Shown: positions 40,074-51,664 of the stretch, piece by piece
Layout: each line of letters begins with the position of its first letter
Position numbering within the stretch: position 1 is the stretch's first letter
DNA from: Chiloscyllium plagiosum
Taxonomy: Eukaryota
Length of the DNA: 64,000 bases
Reading direction: 5' to 3'
NCBI RefSeq assembly: GCF_004010195.1
Contig: NC_057718.1
Coordinates: 8,083,552 to 8,147,551, forward strand
The notes under the pieces: generated by a model
Told to the model about the DNA's origin: nothing
The model's input: only the letters and a program-made list of their open reading frames with translations
The model's database searches: none
Translations under genes and position numbers: made by a program

Positions 40074-40620
40074 CTGCTCTTAAACGGTGTCTGTGTTGAA
40101 GCTGGGGGAATCTGGAGACAACATTCTACAGGGAAAGGTCTCTCACTCCTGGACGAGTGTTGATTTCTGTTTGCAGACACACACATACAGAAAGGAGCGA
40201 GTCAGAACTTGGAACAATTTGACAGCCGAGGGACAAACAAACCGATTACTGAAATCTGGGACTCACCAGTTTTGTCTTTCCTTCGCCCTGGGTTTAACCT
40301 GTTTGATGTCATTAACCGAACTGGCCAGTGTCTCCCCAGAACAGACTGGAACATCAGGCAGCTCCCGGAGGGGAGGGGGTCACGTTGACTTGTCCTTTAG
40401 ACGTTATTCCAGGAGTTCTTGGGCTAGAGAATCCAAGGATAAAGCTCCTCTCCTTTCCTTCAAAGAAAAACTAAAACAAAAACTCCGAAAGAGACCAGAG
40501 TGAACGTGCCTCTCGCTCTGTCTGCCTCCTTCTCTCGGGAAGGTACAGGGACTGAGTTGTTTCTGTGTTGGATGTTGAAGAGCTCTCTTCAGAATTCCGC
40601 CCCTCCCAATTACAACATCA
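40074..40620 (-). promoter_or_regulatory. Candidate non-coding exon 1 and promoter of ADGRG6
   Basis: Repeat-free, relatively CpG-retaining block (~39650-40700). Strong minus-strand donor GAGCAG|gtgaga at 40074/40073, with a GC box (ccgccc) and CCAAT at ~40597-40610. TSS not determinable. Confidence 0.35.
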
Positions 40621-40939
40621 TCACAGTGGTTTGCTTCAAACTGCACTTAGTTTTGCAGCTGTGGGGAAGACAGTTAGACTAAAACTGACTTTCTGTGTGT
40701 GTGTGTGTTAGAGGAGGGAGTTCTGTTTCAGGGCTTGGGTGTTACAGATGTGGGTGGGTGACAACTCCATTTATTTTCCTCCCTCTGAGACTCAGCAGGA
40801 AAGCTCTGGCCCACTTTTGTCCTACTTGGCACTGCTCACTTTGACTCAATTGCACAAGCAAAACTTAATTCCAAACCGACAGGTCAGTTATTCCCAGGAC
40901 TCAGCCACTGCCTCCAACCCTCTTTGTTAATCACAGGAT

Positions 40940-41388
40940 TCAATGAACAGGAAAGGTTTAGAGGGATATGGCCAAATGCTGGCTAATGCGACTAGATTAA
41001 TTGAGGATATCTGGTCGGCATGGATGAGTTGGACCGAAGGGTCTGTTTCCGTGCTGTACAGCTCTGACTCTAAGGTGGCCTGATGACTCAGTGGTTAGCA
41101 CTGCTGCCTCACAGTGCCAGGATCCTGGGTTCAAATCCACCTGTGCATGTGGAGATTGCATGTCCTCCTAGTGGCTGTGCGGATTTCCTCTGGGGGCTCT
41201 GGTTCCTTCTCACCTTCCAAAGGTATTCAAGCTTGCCTGCAATATCACAGATCTGTGTGTGCTAGGTGGATGAGCTGTGGGAAATGCAGGGTTACTGTGG
41301 AAGAAGTGGGTCAAAGTGAGATGTGCTTCAGAGGGTTGGTGTGGGTGCGATGGGCCAAATGGCCTGCTTCCACACTGTAGGGATTCAA
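40940..41388 (+). mobile_element. CR1 3' tip (40940-41071) followed by a diverged HE1-like SINE
   Basis: CR1 3' UTR and tail, then tgactcagtggttagcactgctgcctcacag. Confidence 0.8.
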
Positions 41389-41879
41389 TAGGTTGAATCT
41401 TGCCCCTAACTCAGTCCTTCAAACCCATCATTTAACCCTGCTTGTTTAATGAGGGCCAACACATCTTGTTAAGGTGGTGAGAGAGGAGTGTATCAGATTG
41501 GCCAGTTATTTCCAGATTCATATTAGAATGGAAAGAGCACTGCATCCTTCCAATAAGTTCCACACTTCCCATCTTTGTCCTGTCTAGCTCCATACCTGTG
41601 GGTAACAGCTATTGAAGAAGAATCTGAAGAAGAGTTGTACTGGACTTGATACATTAGCCCTGTTTCTCTCTCCAGATGCTGCCAGACCTGCTGAGTTTCT
41701 CCAGCACTTTCCGTTTTTCTTTGTTAAGGATCGAGCATGGATTTTAAAATTTAACAATTGCCATTTGCAGAAGAGATTTCCACACTGTTCACACCTTTTG
41801 TGTGGACACATTCCTTAATTTCATTCGTGAAGAAGTCTGCCTTAAAGTTCTTGAGTTCTTGACTCCTCAACTAGTGGAA

Positions 41880-42110
41880 ACACATAGATATTCAGACTAC
41901 GTATGCACACAAAAACATATCCACAAACATACACATGCCCATACATAGACAGACACATATACACTCACAATTATTAGCATACAATTATATATACAATATA
42001 TTCTATATATACAAAGACGCGTGTACAATATACAGGTATATAGATAGCTATTACAGACACAGATGCCCACATACCCATATTATATATAAAATACACATAT
42101 AGTACAGAGA
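41880..42110. repeat. Degenerate (CA/TA)n low-complexity tract
   Basis: Alternating CA/TA runs. Confidence 0.75.
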
Positions 42111-43347
42111 AAATTATCAGCTGTCTTTTGTGGGGGATCTGACTCTTATTCCAGAGATAATTCATATTCTTTACATCCACTTTTCTGAATGAAAGAATTG
42201 AATATTTAAAGTTTAAAGCAATGTCACTTTCGGCAATTACCTGGAGTTTAACCTCACTCCCTCATTTTAAATATAATCAATAATGTAGGTGCAACACTTA
42301 TTCTGGACTAAGGGAGCTCTCACATTGGTATGTCCACATAGCATTGTATTGAGATGCTAAACCTGCTATGTATGTGGAGAAGCAGAGAAATGTGAACTCA
42401 GTTCCAAGACAAGGATTTCTGACTCTGTCCCCACAATCATCTTAGAGCAAATTTTAAAATTTATTGCTGAAATCATAGCCTTATTAATTCAAAGACAAAA
42501 CGATTTGCATTTTGTACAACATGTCATGGCTTATTTAAATAAAGACAAAAGGGCAATTGAGCAAGGGTATGGGTAAAAAGGCCAGAAATTGGCATTAAGT
42601 AATGATGCTTGTTTGACGATCCGGTGCAGCGGTGATGGCTCAAATGACCTGCTTCTGTGCCATAACAAATCCGTGAGTCTGTGACTAGCTCATTAATCAG
42701 TGTTACACAGAGGAAAGAACACAGGAGATGTTCCAAACTTAATTGGATGTTGATGGGGAAAAGCTAACGTAAAAGGGACTTTGTCTGTCCTCACAACCAA
42801 GTAGGTACGTCATCCAAGTCAACAACTCTTTGGGAAAGGATTACTTGTTATTGGCTTGAGCACATGACCGCATGAGGTTTGATGTAAGTAGGGCAAAACA
42901 ACCAGGCTATCAGCAGGAATAGAGGGCGTAGAAGCAAGAGGAAGCCATTTGAAACTTTTGAGCCTGCTCCAACTTCTGCTTGTGATCTAAGATCCACTTT
43001 TCTTTAACCACCCGCCCCACATAACCCTTCATTCTTCTGTAAAAACAAAGGAAAAGGCATAGGCCATTCAGCCCATCCAGCTCGCAGTAGCGTTTAATGG
43101 CAACTTGGCTGATCAAATAAGATCATAAACCGTCAGGAGTAGGAATAGGCCATTCATCCCCGAGAGTCTCCTCTGCCAGCCAATACGATCATGGCTGTTC
43201 ACCTCTCAGCTTTAACAGCATTTTCCTACCTGCTTTCCATAACCATCCAACCCCTTACCTATTAATCATTGGTCTACCTTCTCCTCAAACTTACTCAATG
43301 TCTCAACATCCACAATACTCCGGGGTAATGTAGCCCCACGGATTAGT

Positions 43348-43581
43348 GGGCGGCACGGTGGCACGGTGGTTAGCACTGCTGCCTCACAGCGCCAGAGACC
43401 CGGGTTCCTCCCACAGTCCAAAGATGTGCACATCAGGTGAATTGGCCATGCTAAATTGCCTGTAGTGTTAGGTAAGGGGTAAATGTAGGGGTAGGGGTAT
43501 GGGTGGGTTAAGCTTCGGCGGGTTGGTGTGGACTTGTTGGGCCGAAGGGCCTGTTTCCACACTGTAAAGTAATCTAATCTA
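43348..43581 (+). mobile_element. HE1-like SINE with an internal deletion
   Basis: gggcggcacggtggcacggtggttagcactgc head fused to the V-domain; aatctaatct tail. Confidence 0.88.
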
Positions 43582-44214
43582 AAAAAAAATTTATGACACT
43601 TTTGAGAGAAATAATTTATCCTCATTTCTGTTTTAAATCTGCTCCCAGTTATCTTAAGCCATGATCTTTTATTCTAGATTGTTCGACATGAGGAACCTCT
43701 CTACACCTACTTTTATCACCTCAATGAGATCTCCATTCACTCTTCTAAATTCCAGGGAGTATCAGCCTAAACTGTTCAATTTCTCCTCATAATACAAATT
43801 GGAATCAATCCAATAAACCTCCTCTGAACTGCTTCCAATTTAACAACATCCTTCCTCAAGTTAGGGGACCAAAACTGTACACAATACTCTGGGTGTGGTC
43901 TCATTAATACTTCAAGAGCTTTCACTTATACAATCTCCATTACCCCGTTAACCATTGTTATTCAGACATTTAGTTTCTTCTTTAAACATAATCAAAGACT
44001 GAACTTCCACAGTCCTCTGGGGCAGACAGAATTGCAAAGATTCACCAGCCTCTGAATAAAATGACTTCCTATCTATTTGTTTATCAAAAATATTTGAAAC
44101 TCAGCCTTGAATAAATATGAAGGGTCAGCCTCCCTTGGCTTCTGGGGAAGAGTATTCCACAATCTAATGAGCCTAGGAGAGAGAAAACAAAATCTCAACA
44201 ATGTCTTGAAAGAG

Positions 44215-44455
44215 GTTGGCTCAGTGGTTAGCACTGCTGCCTCACAGCACCAGGGACCCAGGTTCAATCCCAGCCTCGGGTGACTGTGCGAAGTTTGCAC
44301 ATTCTCCCAGATTTGCCTTGCTTTTTCTCCCACAGTCCAAGAATGCACAGGCTAGGTGGATTAGCCATGCAGGGTTATGGGGTAGGGGAATGAGTTAGAG
44401 TGGGATGCTCTTCAGAGGGACAGTGTGGACCGAATGGCATGCTTCTATAATCTAT
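44215..44455 (+). mobile_element. Diverged HE1-like SINE
   Basis: tggctcagtggttagcactgctgcctcacagc..ggttcaatcc head. Confidence 0.8.
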
Positions 44456-44479
44456 GATCTAATAAACGAAAAGGAATGA

Positions 44480-46273
44480 AAATAGGGCAGACACACTCCT
44501 GGGAATAAACAACAGACTCCCAAACAGTGAAAGGGAGGTAGAAAGGCATATGTGTTGACAAATTTCAGTCTGTAGGAATAAGAGGGCAATAATAGTAGGA
44601 AGACTTTAACTATCTCAATACCAACTGGGTTTCAAATAACATAAGTGGCAGTGAGGGTGGAAAATTCCCAAAAAAATTTTTTTTAAACAATACACAAAAA
44701 ACCCAACTAGAGGAGATACAATTCTGGATTTAGTTTTCGGAAATGAAGATGGGTGAGGGAATTAAGTGACAGTGGGAAACTTAATGGGCATAGAGGCCAC
44801 AATGTGGTTAGATTTAGTACTATTATGGAAAAGGACAGGGATAAATCAAAAGGTTTCTGGGTGAGTGCAAACTTTGCAAATCAGAGAAGTGATTTGGCTG
44901 TAGTGTACTGGACAGGGCTGCTAAAGGATAAATCAGTGGGAAACCAGTTGGAGGTGCTAAAAAGTGAGATCCTTACAGCCCAAAGCTGTCATGTCCCCTC
45001 AAAAAATAAGAACGGTGCCAAATCTGGACACCAATGGTTGCCTCAAAAAATACAGAAGTAGATTCAACAGAATTCAACAATTTAGGGTGGGCACGGTGGC
45101 TTAGTGGTTAGCACTGCTGTCTCAGCACCGGGGACCCAGATTCGATTCCACCCTCAGGCAACTGTCTGCATGGAGTTTGCACGTTGTCTCCATGTCTGTG
45201 TGGGTTTTCTCCGGGTGCTCCGGTTTCCCCCACAATCCAAAGATGTGCAGGTCAGGTGAATTGGCCCATAGTGTTAGGTACATTAGATCAGATTACTTAC
45301 AGTGTGGAAACAGGCCCTTCGGCCCAACAAGTCCACACCGACCCGCCGAAGCGTAACCCATCCAGACCCATTCCCCTACATTTACCCCTTCACCTAACAC
45401 TACGGACAATTTAGCATGGCCAATTCACCTAACCTGCACATTTATTGGATTGTGGGAGGAAACCGGAGCACCCAAAGGAAACCCATGCAGACACGGGGAG
45501 AATGTGCAAAGTCAGTCGCCTGAGGCGAGAATAGGTTCGGGGGATGGGTCTGGGTGGGTTAGTCTTCGGAGGGTCGGTGCGGACTTGGTGGGGCAAATGG
45601 CCTGTTTCCACACTGCAGGGATTCAAGTCATTCTAGTAGGGATTCTAATCAAGAGAAAGAAACTTCTGGTAGCCACAAAAAGCTCAACATTGCAGATAGC
45701 CTGGAGGAGTATAGAAAGTACAGGGATCAAGTCAAAACAGAATTAAGGAAATCAAAGAGAGGGCATGAAAATATTTTAGCAAGCAAGACAAAGGAAACCT
45801 AAACACATTTCATTGGAATCTAAAAGTTAAGGGAAAAGCGGGATATATCAGATGAAGAAGGAAGCTGGTGTGAAGAAGTAAATGATATAGGAAGAATTTT
45901 AAATGAATTTTCCTGTATTTACAAAAGAAAAGGTTGATATCGATACAGTAATCCAAGAGGAGCAGTGTGAAATATTGGACAAAATAATCATGACGAGAGA
46001 GGAAGTGACAGTGGAGTTGGGATCCTTGAAAGTGGATAAGTCACCAGGGCCAGATTGGTTGTTCCGTAGGATATGGAAGGAGGTCAGAGAGGAAATAGCA
46101 GATGCTCTGAGGGTTATTTTCCAATTGTCACTGAATATGGATGAGACGCTGGAGAGCTGGAGGAATGCAAATGTGGTTCTATTGTTTAAAATGGATACAA
46201 TTATTGGCCAGTCAGTCTGACCTTGGTGCTGGGCAAATTGTTAGCATTGATCTTGAGAGATTGGATAAACTGG
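44480..46273 (+). mobile_element. Old CR1 LINE, 5' part (endonuclease/linker), interrupted by SINEs and the LTR element
   Basis: Degenerate D-F-N-Y and ILDLVF endonuclease motifs, LKVDKSPGPD, WRNANVV. Ends ...RDWIN at the LTR. Confidence 0.75.
45085..45626. mobile_element. HE1-like SINE (+) with a second HE1 (-) nested at ~45283-45530
   Basis: Plus-strand head and V-domain, then a reversed tail-to-body copy, then the plus-strand 3' end resumes. Confidence 0.85.
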
Positions 46274-46734
46274 TGTCACAAAGCTAGTCCTTTGTTTCCT
46301 AAAAGCTGTTCCTTGGCTCAAGGAGACTCTGTCCTTGATTTTTTTCAGAGGGGTAATAAACCAGGCTGGGCTCCGATCAGGCTGGTTTGGTACAGAGGTG
46401 AGAAAGGATTTTGAAAGGCCTTTTGTATATATGTAAACAGATGAGACTTCAGGCCAAAGTGGTCATGTTTTAGAAGTGACCTGTAGACTGAAAGGGGAGT
46501 GGTCAGCTCTCTAGCTGAGCTGAGCAGTTTAATTCAGTCCAGAACTGGTTGGGAGTTCAACAGTGAACTGTGTGGAAACTCTCTCTTCTGGCCTGTTAAT
46601 TTCAACCTGTAAGCACCTGACCCTTTTTTGTGCTGTGTTTTAAAGAGGGTTTGCTTATTGGGACTGTTGTGCATAATTGGAACAGCATTCTTAAGTCTAG
46701 TTTGGATAGATTGAGTTCTGCGGGGTCCTTTATT
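46274..46734 (+). repeat. 5' LTR (runs into assembly gap)
   Basis: Colinear with 54352-~54810 and highly similar by eye. Confidence 0.9.
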
Positions 46735-47234
46735 NNNNNNNNNNNNNNNNNNNNNNNNNNNNNNNNNNNNNNNNNNNNNNNNNNNNNNNNNNNNNNNNNN
46801 NNNNNNNNNNNNNNNNNNNNNNNNNNNNNNNNNNNNNNNNNNNNNNNNNNNNNNNNNNNNNNNNNNNNNNNNNNNNNNNNNNNNNNNNNNNNNNNNNNNN
46901 NNNNNNNNNNNNNNNNNNNNNNNNNNNNNNNNNNNNNNNNNNNNNNNNNNNNNNNNNNNNNNNNNNNNNNNNNNNNNNNNNNNNNNNNNNNNNNNNNNNN
47001 NNNNNNNNNNNNNNNNNNNNNNNNNNNNNNNNNNNNNNNNNNNNNNNNNNNNNNNNNNNNNNNNNNNNNNNNNNNNNNNNNNNNNNNNNNNNNNNNNNNN
47101 NNNNNNNNNNNNNNNNNNNNNNNNNNNNNNNNNNNNNNNNNNNNNNNNNNNNNNNNNNNNNNNNNNNNNNNNNNNNNNNNNNNNNNNNNNNNNNNNNNNN
47201 NNNNNNNNNNNNNNNNNNNNNNNNNNNNNNNNNN
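46735..47234. other. Assembly gap
   Basis: Run of N; hides the end of the 5' LTR and the PBS. Confidence 1.
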
Positions 47235-47280
47235 GCTAACCACTGTGCCACCGTGCCGCCCATAACTGCCTCAGAGTGTC

Positions 47281-47428
47281 GGTTTCTTCCTCCTTGGTGA
47301 ACTTTATGCCTGTGAGGGTGTTGTTGATGATGTTAAATGTCTCTTCTATCTTGTTTTGTTTTGTGATGACAAAGGTGTCATCTACATAGCGGACCCAGAT
47401 TTTTGGTTTGATGGTTGGTAGGGCTGTA
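47281..47428 (-). mobile_element. Penelope-like (Poseidon-type) RT fragment
   Basis: Reverse strand reads TALPTIKPKIWVRYVDDTFVITKQNKIEETFNIINNTLTGIKFTKEEE. Confidence 0.75.
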
Positions 47429-47429
47429 T

Positions 47430-47950
47430 GTTCTAGTCTATTTTAACAGATGGATAAGAGCTTTAAAAATCAAGCAAACCTATGATGCCCTTGGGGAGGT
47501 AGTTATTTTGGAGGAATTCAAACGTTCACTGCCTGAAGTTGTGCAAACTCATGTGGAAGAGCAGAGAGTTAAAACAGCAAAGTTAGCAACTTGGGTGGGC
47601 ACGGTGTCTCAGTGGTTAGCACTGCTGCCTCACAGCTCCAGGGTCCCAGGTTTGATTCTACTTTCGGGTGACTGTCTGTATGGAGTTTGCACATTCTCCC
47701 CGTGTCTGCGTGGGTTTCCTCTGGGTGCTCTGGTTTCCTCCCACAGTCCAAAAAGGTAGATCTCAGTGAAGATCATAAGAATAACTTACCACTGGGTAAA
47801 AAAGAAACCCTTGAGGGGGGCAAAGAAGGTAGAAAGCTCTGGTGTTTTCAATGTAATAAAGTGGGCCACACAAAATCACAGTGTTGGTGGGCTAGGAGAA
47901 AGCCAGATATATGAAAACTTGACAAGCCTGGAAGTTTTGTTGTACTCGTA
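47430..47950 (+). pseudogene. gag remnant with SCAN-like segment and zinc knuckle, split by an HE1 SINE
   Basis: YFNRWIRAL...LGEVVILEEFKRSLPEVVQTHVEEQRVKTA, then CFQCNKVGHTKSQC (47843-47884). Confidence 0.8.
47594..47755 (+). mobile_element. HE1-like SINE 5' half inside gag
   Basis: gggtgggcacggtgtctcagtggttagcactgc...ccacagtccaaa. Confidence 0.85.
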
Positions 47951-48006
47951 AAAAAAGCACAAAGGAAGTTAGACAACTGCCTCAGAGTGTCCAAGGTGAT
48001 CAGAGA

Positions 48007-48486
48007 TTGATTAAGGAGGAAGTGCCAGGTCTGCTTAAAAAATATACATGCAAGGGTAAAGTTTATTCACATAGGCCAGGAGCAGTAGGCAAGGAGGTTA
48101 CAATATTAAGGGACACAGGATCCTCTCCGTCTGGAATGCTGAAGGATGAGGAGATGTGCACTCCTGGGGGACTATTGTCAGAAAAGGTACTGGTAACAGG
48201 ATTTCATGGTGAGACAAAGCATGCTCAATTATGTAAAGCAAGGCTAGAGAGTTCAGGGAAGAGTGGAGAATTTGTGGTAGGAATACTGGACAAACTCTCA
48301 GCTCCAGGAATACAATTTGTCCTTGCAAATGATATAGCTGATTCACCGGTAGGCATGCTGTCTACTCTAGTTGAAAAGTCTGTGGAGATGCAGGCAACTG
48401 AAGACATGGAGAATGTTAATCCAGTAATTTTCCCTGATTTTGTGATTACAAGATCACAGAGGCACAAGCTGATGCATGAGGGATGA
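48007..48486 (+). pseudogene. Aspartic protease remnant
   Basis: VTILRDTGS motif and downstream GIQFVLANDI. Confidence 0.8.
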
Positions 48487-48793
48487 AAAGGAAGTTGACA
48501 TAATGTTATCTGAGACATTTTTCGATCAGATAAATGGATCAGAAAAGGAGCAAATAGATAAACATGGAAATATCTTTAGCTCTGCAAAAATTATGGAATT
48601 ACAGCAGAAAGTTGAGGAGTTAAAACAGTTGTATCAAATGCCATTTACAGAGAAGGAGAGTGTGCTATTACTTAACAAATGATGTCTTAATGAAGAAATG
48701 AAGACCATTAGACAATTAAGCAGATGAGAAATGGGTAGAGAATCATCAAATTGTTTTTGCCAGTTGGGTATAGAAAGGGGGTGCTGCAAGTGG

Positions 48794-51664
48794 AAGTGAT
48801 GGTGGAAGTGGATATAGGAAGGGAAAAGGTTGAGATTCTGAAGGGAGATTATAGAGAGTAATGCAGAAATTTAAAAAGGAGGTCCTCAAGGGTAGTAATA
48901 TCTGGATTACTCCCAGTGCTATGAGCTAGTGAGGGCAGGAATAGGAGGACAGAGCAGATGAATGTATGGCTGAGGAGCTGGTGTATGGGAGAAGGATTCA
49001 CATTTTTGGATCATTGGAATCTCTTTTGGGGTAGAAGTGACCTGTACAAGAAGGACAGATTGCACCTAAATTGGAAGGGGACTAATATACTGGCAGGGAA
49101 ATTTGCTAGAACTGCTTGGGAGGATTTAAACTAGTAAGGTGGCAGGGGTGGGACAAGGGAGATAGTGAGGAAAGAGATCNNNNNNNNNNNNNNNNNNNNN
49201 NNNNNNNNNNNNNNNNNNNNNNNNNNNNNNNNNNNNNNNNNNNNNNNNNNNNNNNNNNNNNNNNNNNNNNNNNNNNNNNNNNNNNNNNNNNNNNNNNNNN
49301 NNNNNNNNNNNNNNNNNNNNNNNNNNNNNNNNNNNNNNNNNNNNNNNNNNNNNNNNNNNNNNNNNNNNNNNNNNNNNNNNNNNNNNNNNNNNNNNNNNNN
49401 NNNNNNNNNNNNNNNNNNNNNNNNNNNNNNNNNNNNNNNNNNNNNNNNNNNNNNNNNNNNNNNNNNNNNNNNNNNNNNNNNNNNNNNNNNNNNNNNNNNN
49501 NNNNNNNNNNNNNNNNNNNNNNNNNNNNNNNNNNNNNNNNNNNNNNNNNNNNNNNNNNNNNNNNNNNNNNNNNNNNNNNNNNNNNNNNNNNNNNNNNNNN
49601 NNNNNNNNNNNNNNNNNNNNNNNNNNNNNNNNNNNNNNNNNNNNNNNNNNNNNNNNNNNNNNNNNNNNNNNNNNNNNNNNNNNNNNNNNNNNNNNNNNNN
49701 NNNNNNNNNNNNNNNNNNNNNNNNNNNNNNNNNNNNNNNNNNNNNNNNNNNNNNNNNNNNNNNNNNNNNNNNNNNNNNNNNNNNNNNNNNNNNNNNNATT
49801 CCTGTCAGGGTGAAAGGGAAGGCTGGTAGGTATAGGGAATTCTAGATGACTAAATAAATTGAGGGTTTGGTTAAGAAAAAGAAGGAAGCATATGTCAGGT
49901 ATAGACAGGATAGATCGAGTGAATCCTTAGAAGAGTATAAAGGAAATAGGAGTATAATTAAGAGGGAAATCAGGAGGGCAAAAAGAAGACATGAGTTAGC
50001 TTTGGCAAATAGAATTAAGGAGAATCTAAAGGGTTTTTACAAATATATTAAGGACAAAAGGGTAACTAGGGAGAGAATAGGGCCCCTCAAAGGTCAGCAA
50101 GGCAGCCTTTGTGTGGAGCCGCAGAAAATGGGGGAGATACTAAATAAATATTTTACATCAATATTTACTGTGGAAAAGGATATGAAAACATAGACTGTAG
50201 GGAAATAGATGGTGACATCTTGCAAAATGTCCAGATTACAGAGGAGGAAGTGCTGGATGTCTTGAAATGGTTAAAAGTGGATAAATCCCCAGGACCTGAT
50301 CAGGTGTACCCAAGAACTCTGTGGGAAGCTACAGAAGTGATTGCTGGGCCTCTTGCTGAGATATTTGTATCATCGATAGTCACAGGTGAGGTGCCGGAAG
50401 ACTGGAGGTTGGCAAATGTGGTGCCACTGTTCAAGGAGAACAGTAAAGACAAGCCAGGGAACGATAGACCGGTGAGCCTGACCTCAGGCTCACTGGTCTA
50501 TAGTTCCCTGGCTTGTCTTTACCGTCCTTCTTAAACAGTGGAACCATGTTTGCCAACTCCAGTCTTCCGGCACCTCATCAGTGACTATCGATGATACAAA
50601 TATCTCAGCAAGTGGTGGTGATGGATTGTTTTTCAGACTGGCGGCCTGTGACCAGTGGAGTGCCACAAGGATCGGTGCTGGGCCCTCTACTTTTTGTCAT
50701 TTACATAAATGATTTGGATGCGAGCATAAGAGGTACAGTTAGTAAGTTTGCAGATGACACCAAAATTGGAGGTGCAGTGGACAGTGAAGAGGGTTACCTC
50801 AGAGAACAACAGGATCTTGATCAGTTGGGCCAATAGACTGAGAAGTGGCAGATGGAGTTTAATTCAAATAAATGTGAGGTGCTGCACTTTAGGAAAGCAA
50901 ATCTTAGCAGGACTTATACACTTAATGGTAAGGTCCTAGGGAGTTTTGCTGAACAAAGAGACCTTGCAGTGCAGGTTCATAGCTCCTTGAAAATGGAGTC
51001 GCAGATAGATAAGATAGTGAAGAAGGTGTTTGGTATGCTTTCCTTTATTGGTCAGAGTATTGAGTACAGGAGTTGGGAGGTCATGTTGTGGCTGTACAGG
51101 ACATTGGTTAGGCTACTGTTGGAATATTGCGTGCAATTATGGTCTCCTTCCTATCAGAAAGGTTTTGTGAAACTTGAAAGGGTTCAGAAAAGATTTACAA
51201 GGATGTTGCCAGGGTTGGAGGATTTGAGCTATAGGTAGAGGCTGAACAGGCTGGGACTGTTTTCCCTGGAGCATCAGAGGCTGAGGGGTGACCTTATAGA
51301 GGTTTACAAAATTATGAGGGGCATGGATAGGATAAATAGGCAAAGTCTTTTCCCTGTGGTGGGGGAGTCCAGGACTAGAGGGCATAGGTTTAGGGTGAGA
51401 GGGGAAAGATATAAAAGAGACCGAAGGGGCAACTTTTTCACGCAGAGGGTGGTACGTGTATGGAATGAGCTGCCAGAGGAAGTGGTAGAGGCTGGTACAA
51501 TTGCAACTTTTAAGAGGCATTTGGATGGGTATATGAATAGGAAGGGTTTGGAGGGATATGGGTCGGGCGCTGGCAGGTGGGATTAGATTGGGTTGGGATA
51601 TCTGGTCGGCATGGACGGGTTGGACCGAAGGGTCTGTTTCCATGCTGTACATCTCTATGACTCT
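48794..51664 (+). mobile_element. Younger CR1/HER1-like LINE inserted into the Gmr1 integrase
   Basis: 6-bp TSD AAGTGG (48788-48793 and 51665-51670). Contains an ORF1 SGNH-esterase-like part, ORF2 KSPGPD, GVPQGSVLGP and KFADDTK, and the 3' tail ctctatgactct. Confidence 0.92.
49180..49797. other. Assembly gap
   Basis: Run of N inside the nested CR1. Confidence 1.

Noticed and set aside
46602..47265. Long ORFs spanning N runs (also 49116-49845 and 60985-61437)
   Set aside because: Artefacts of assembly gaps.
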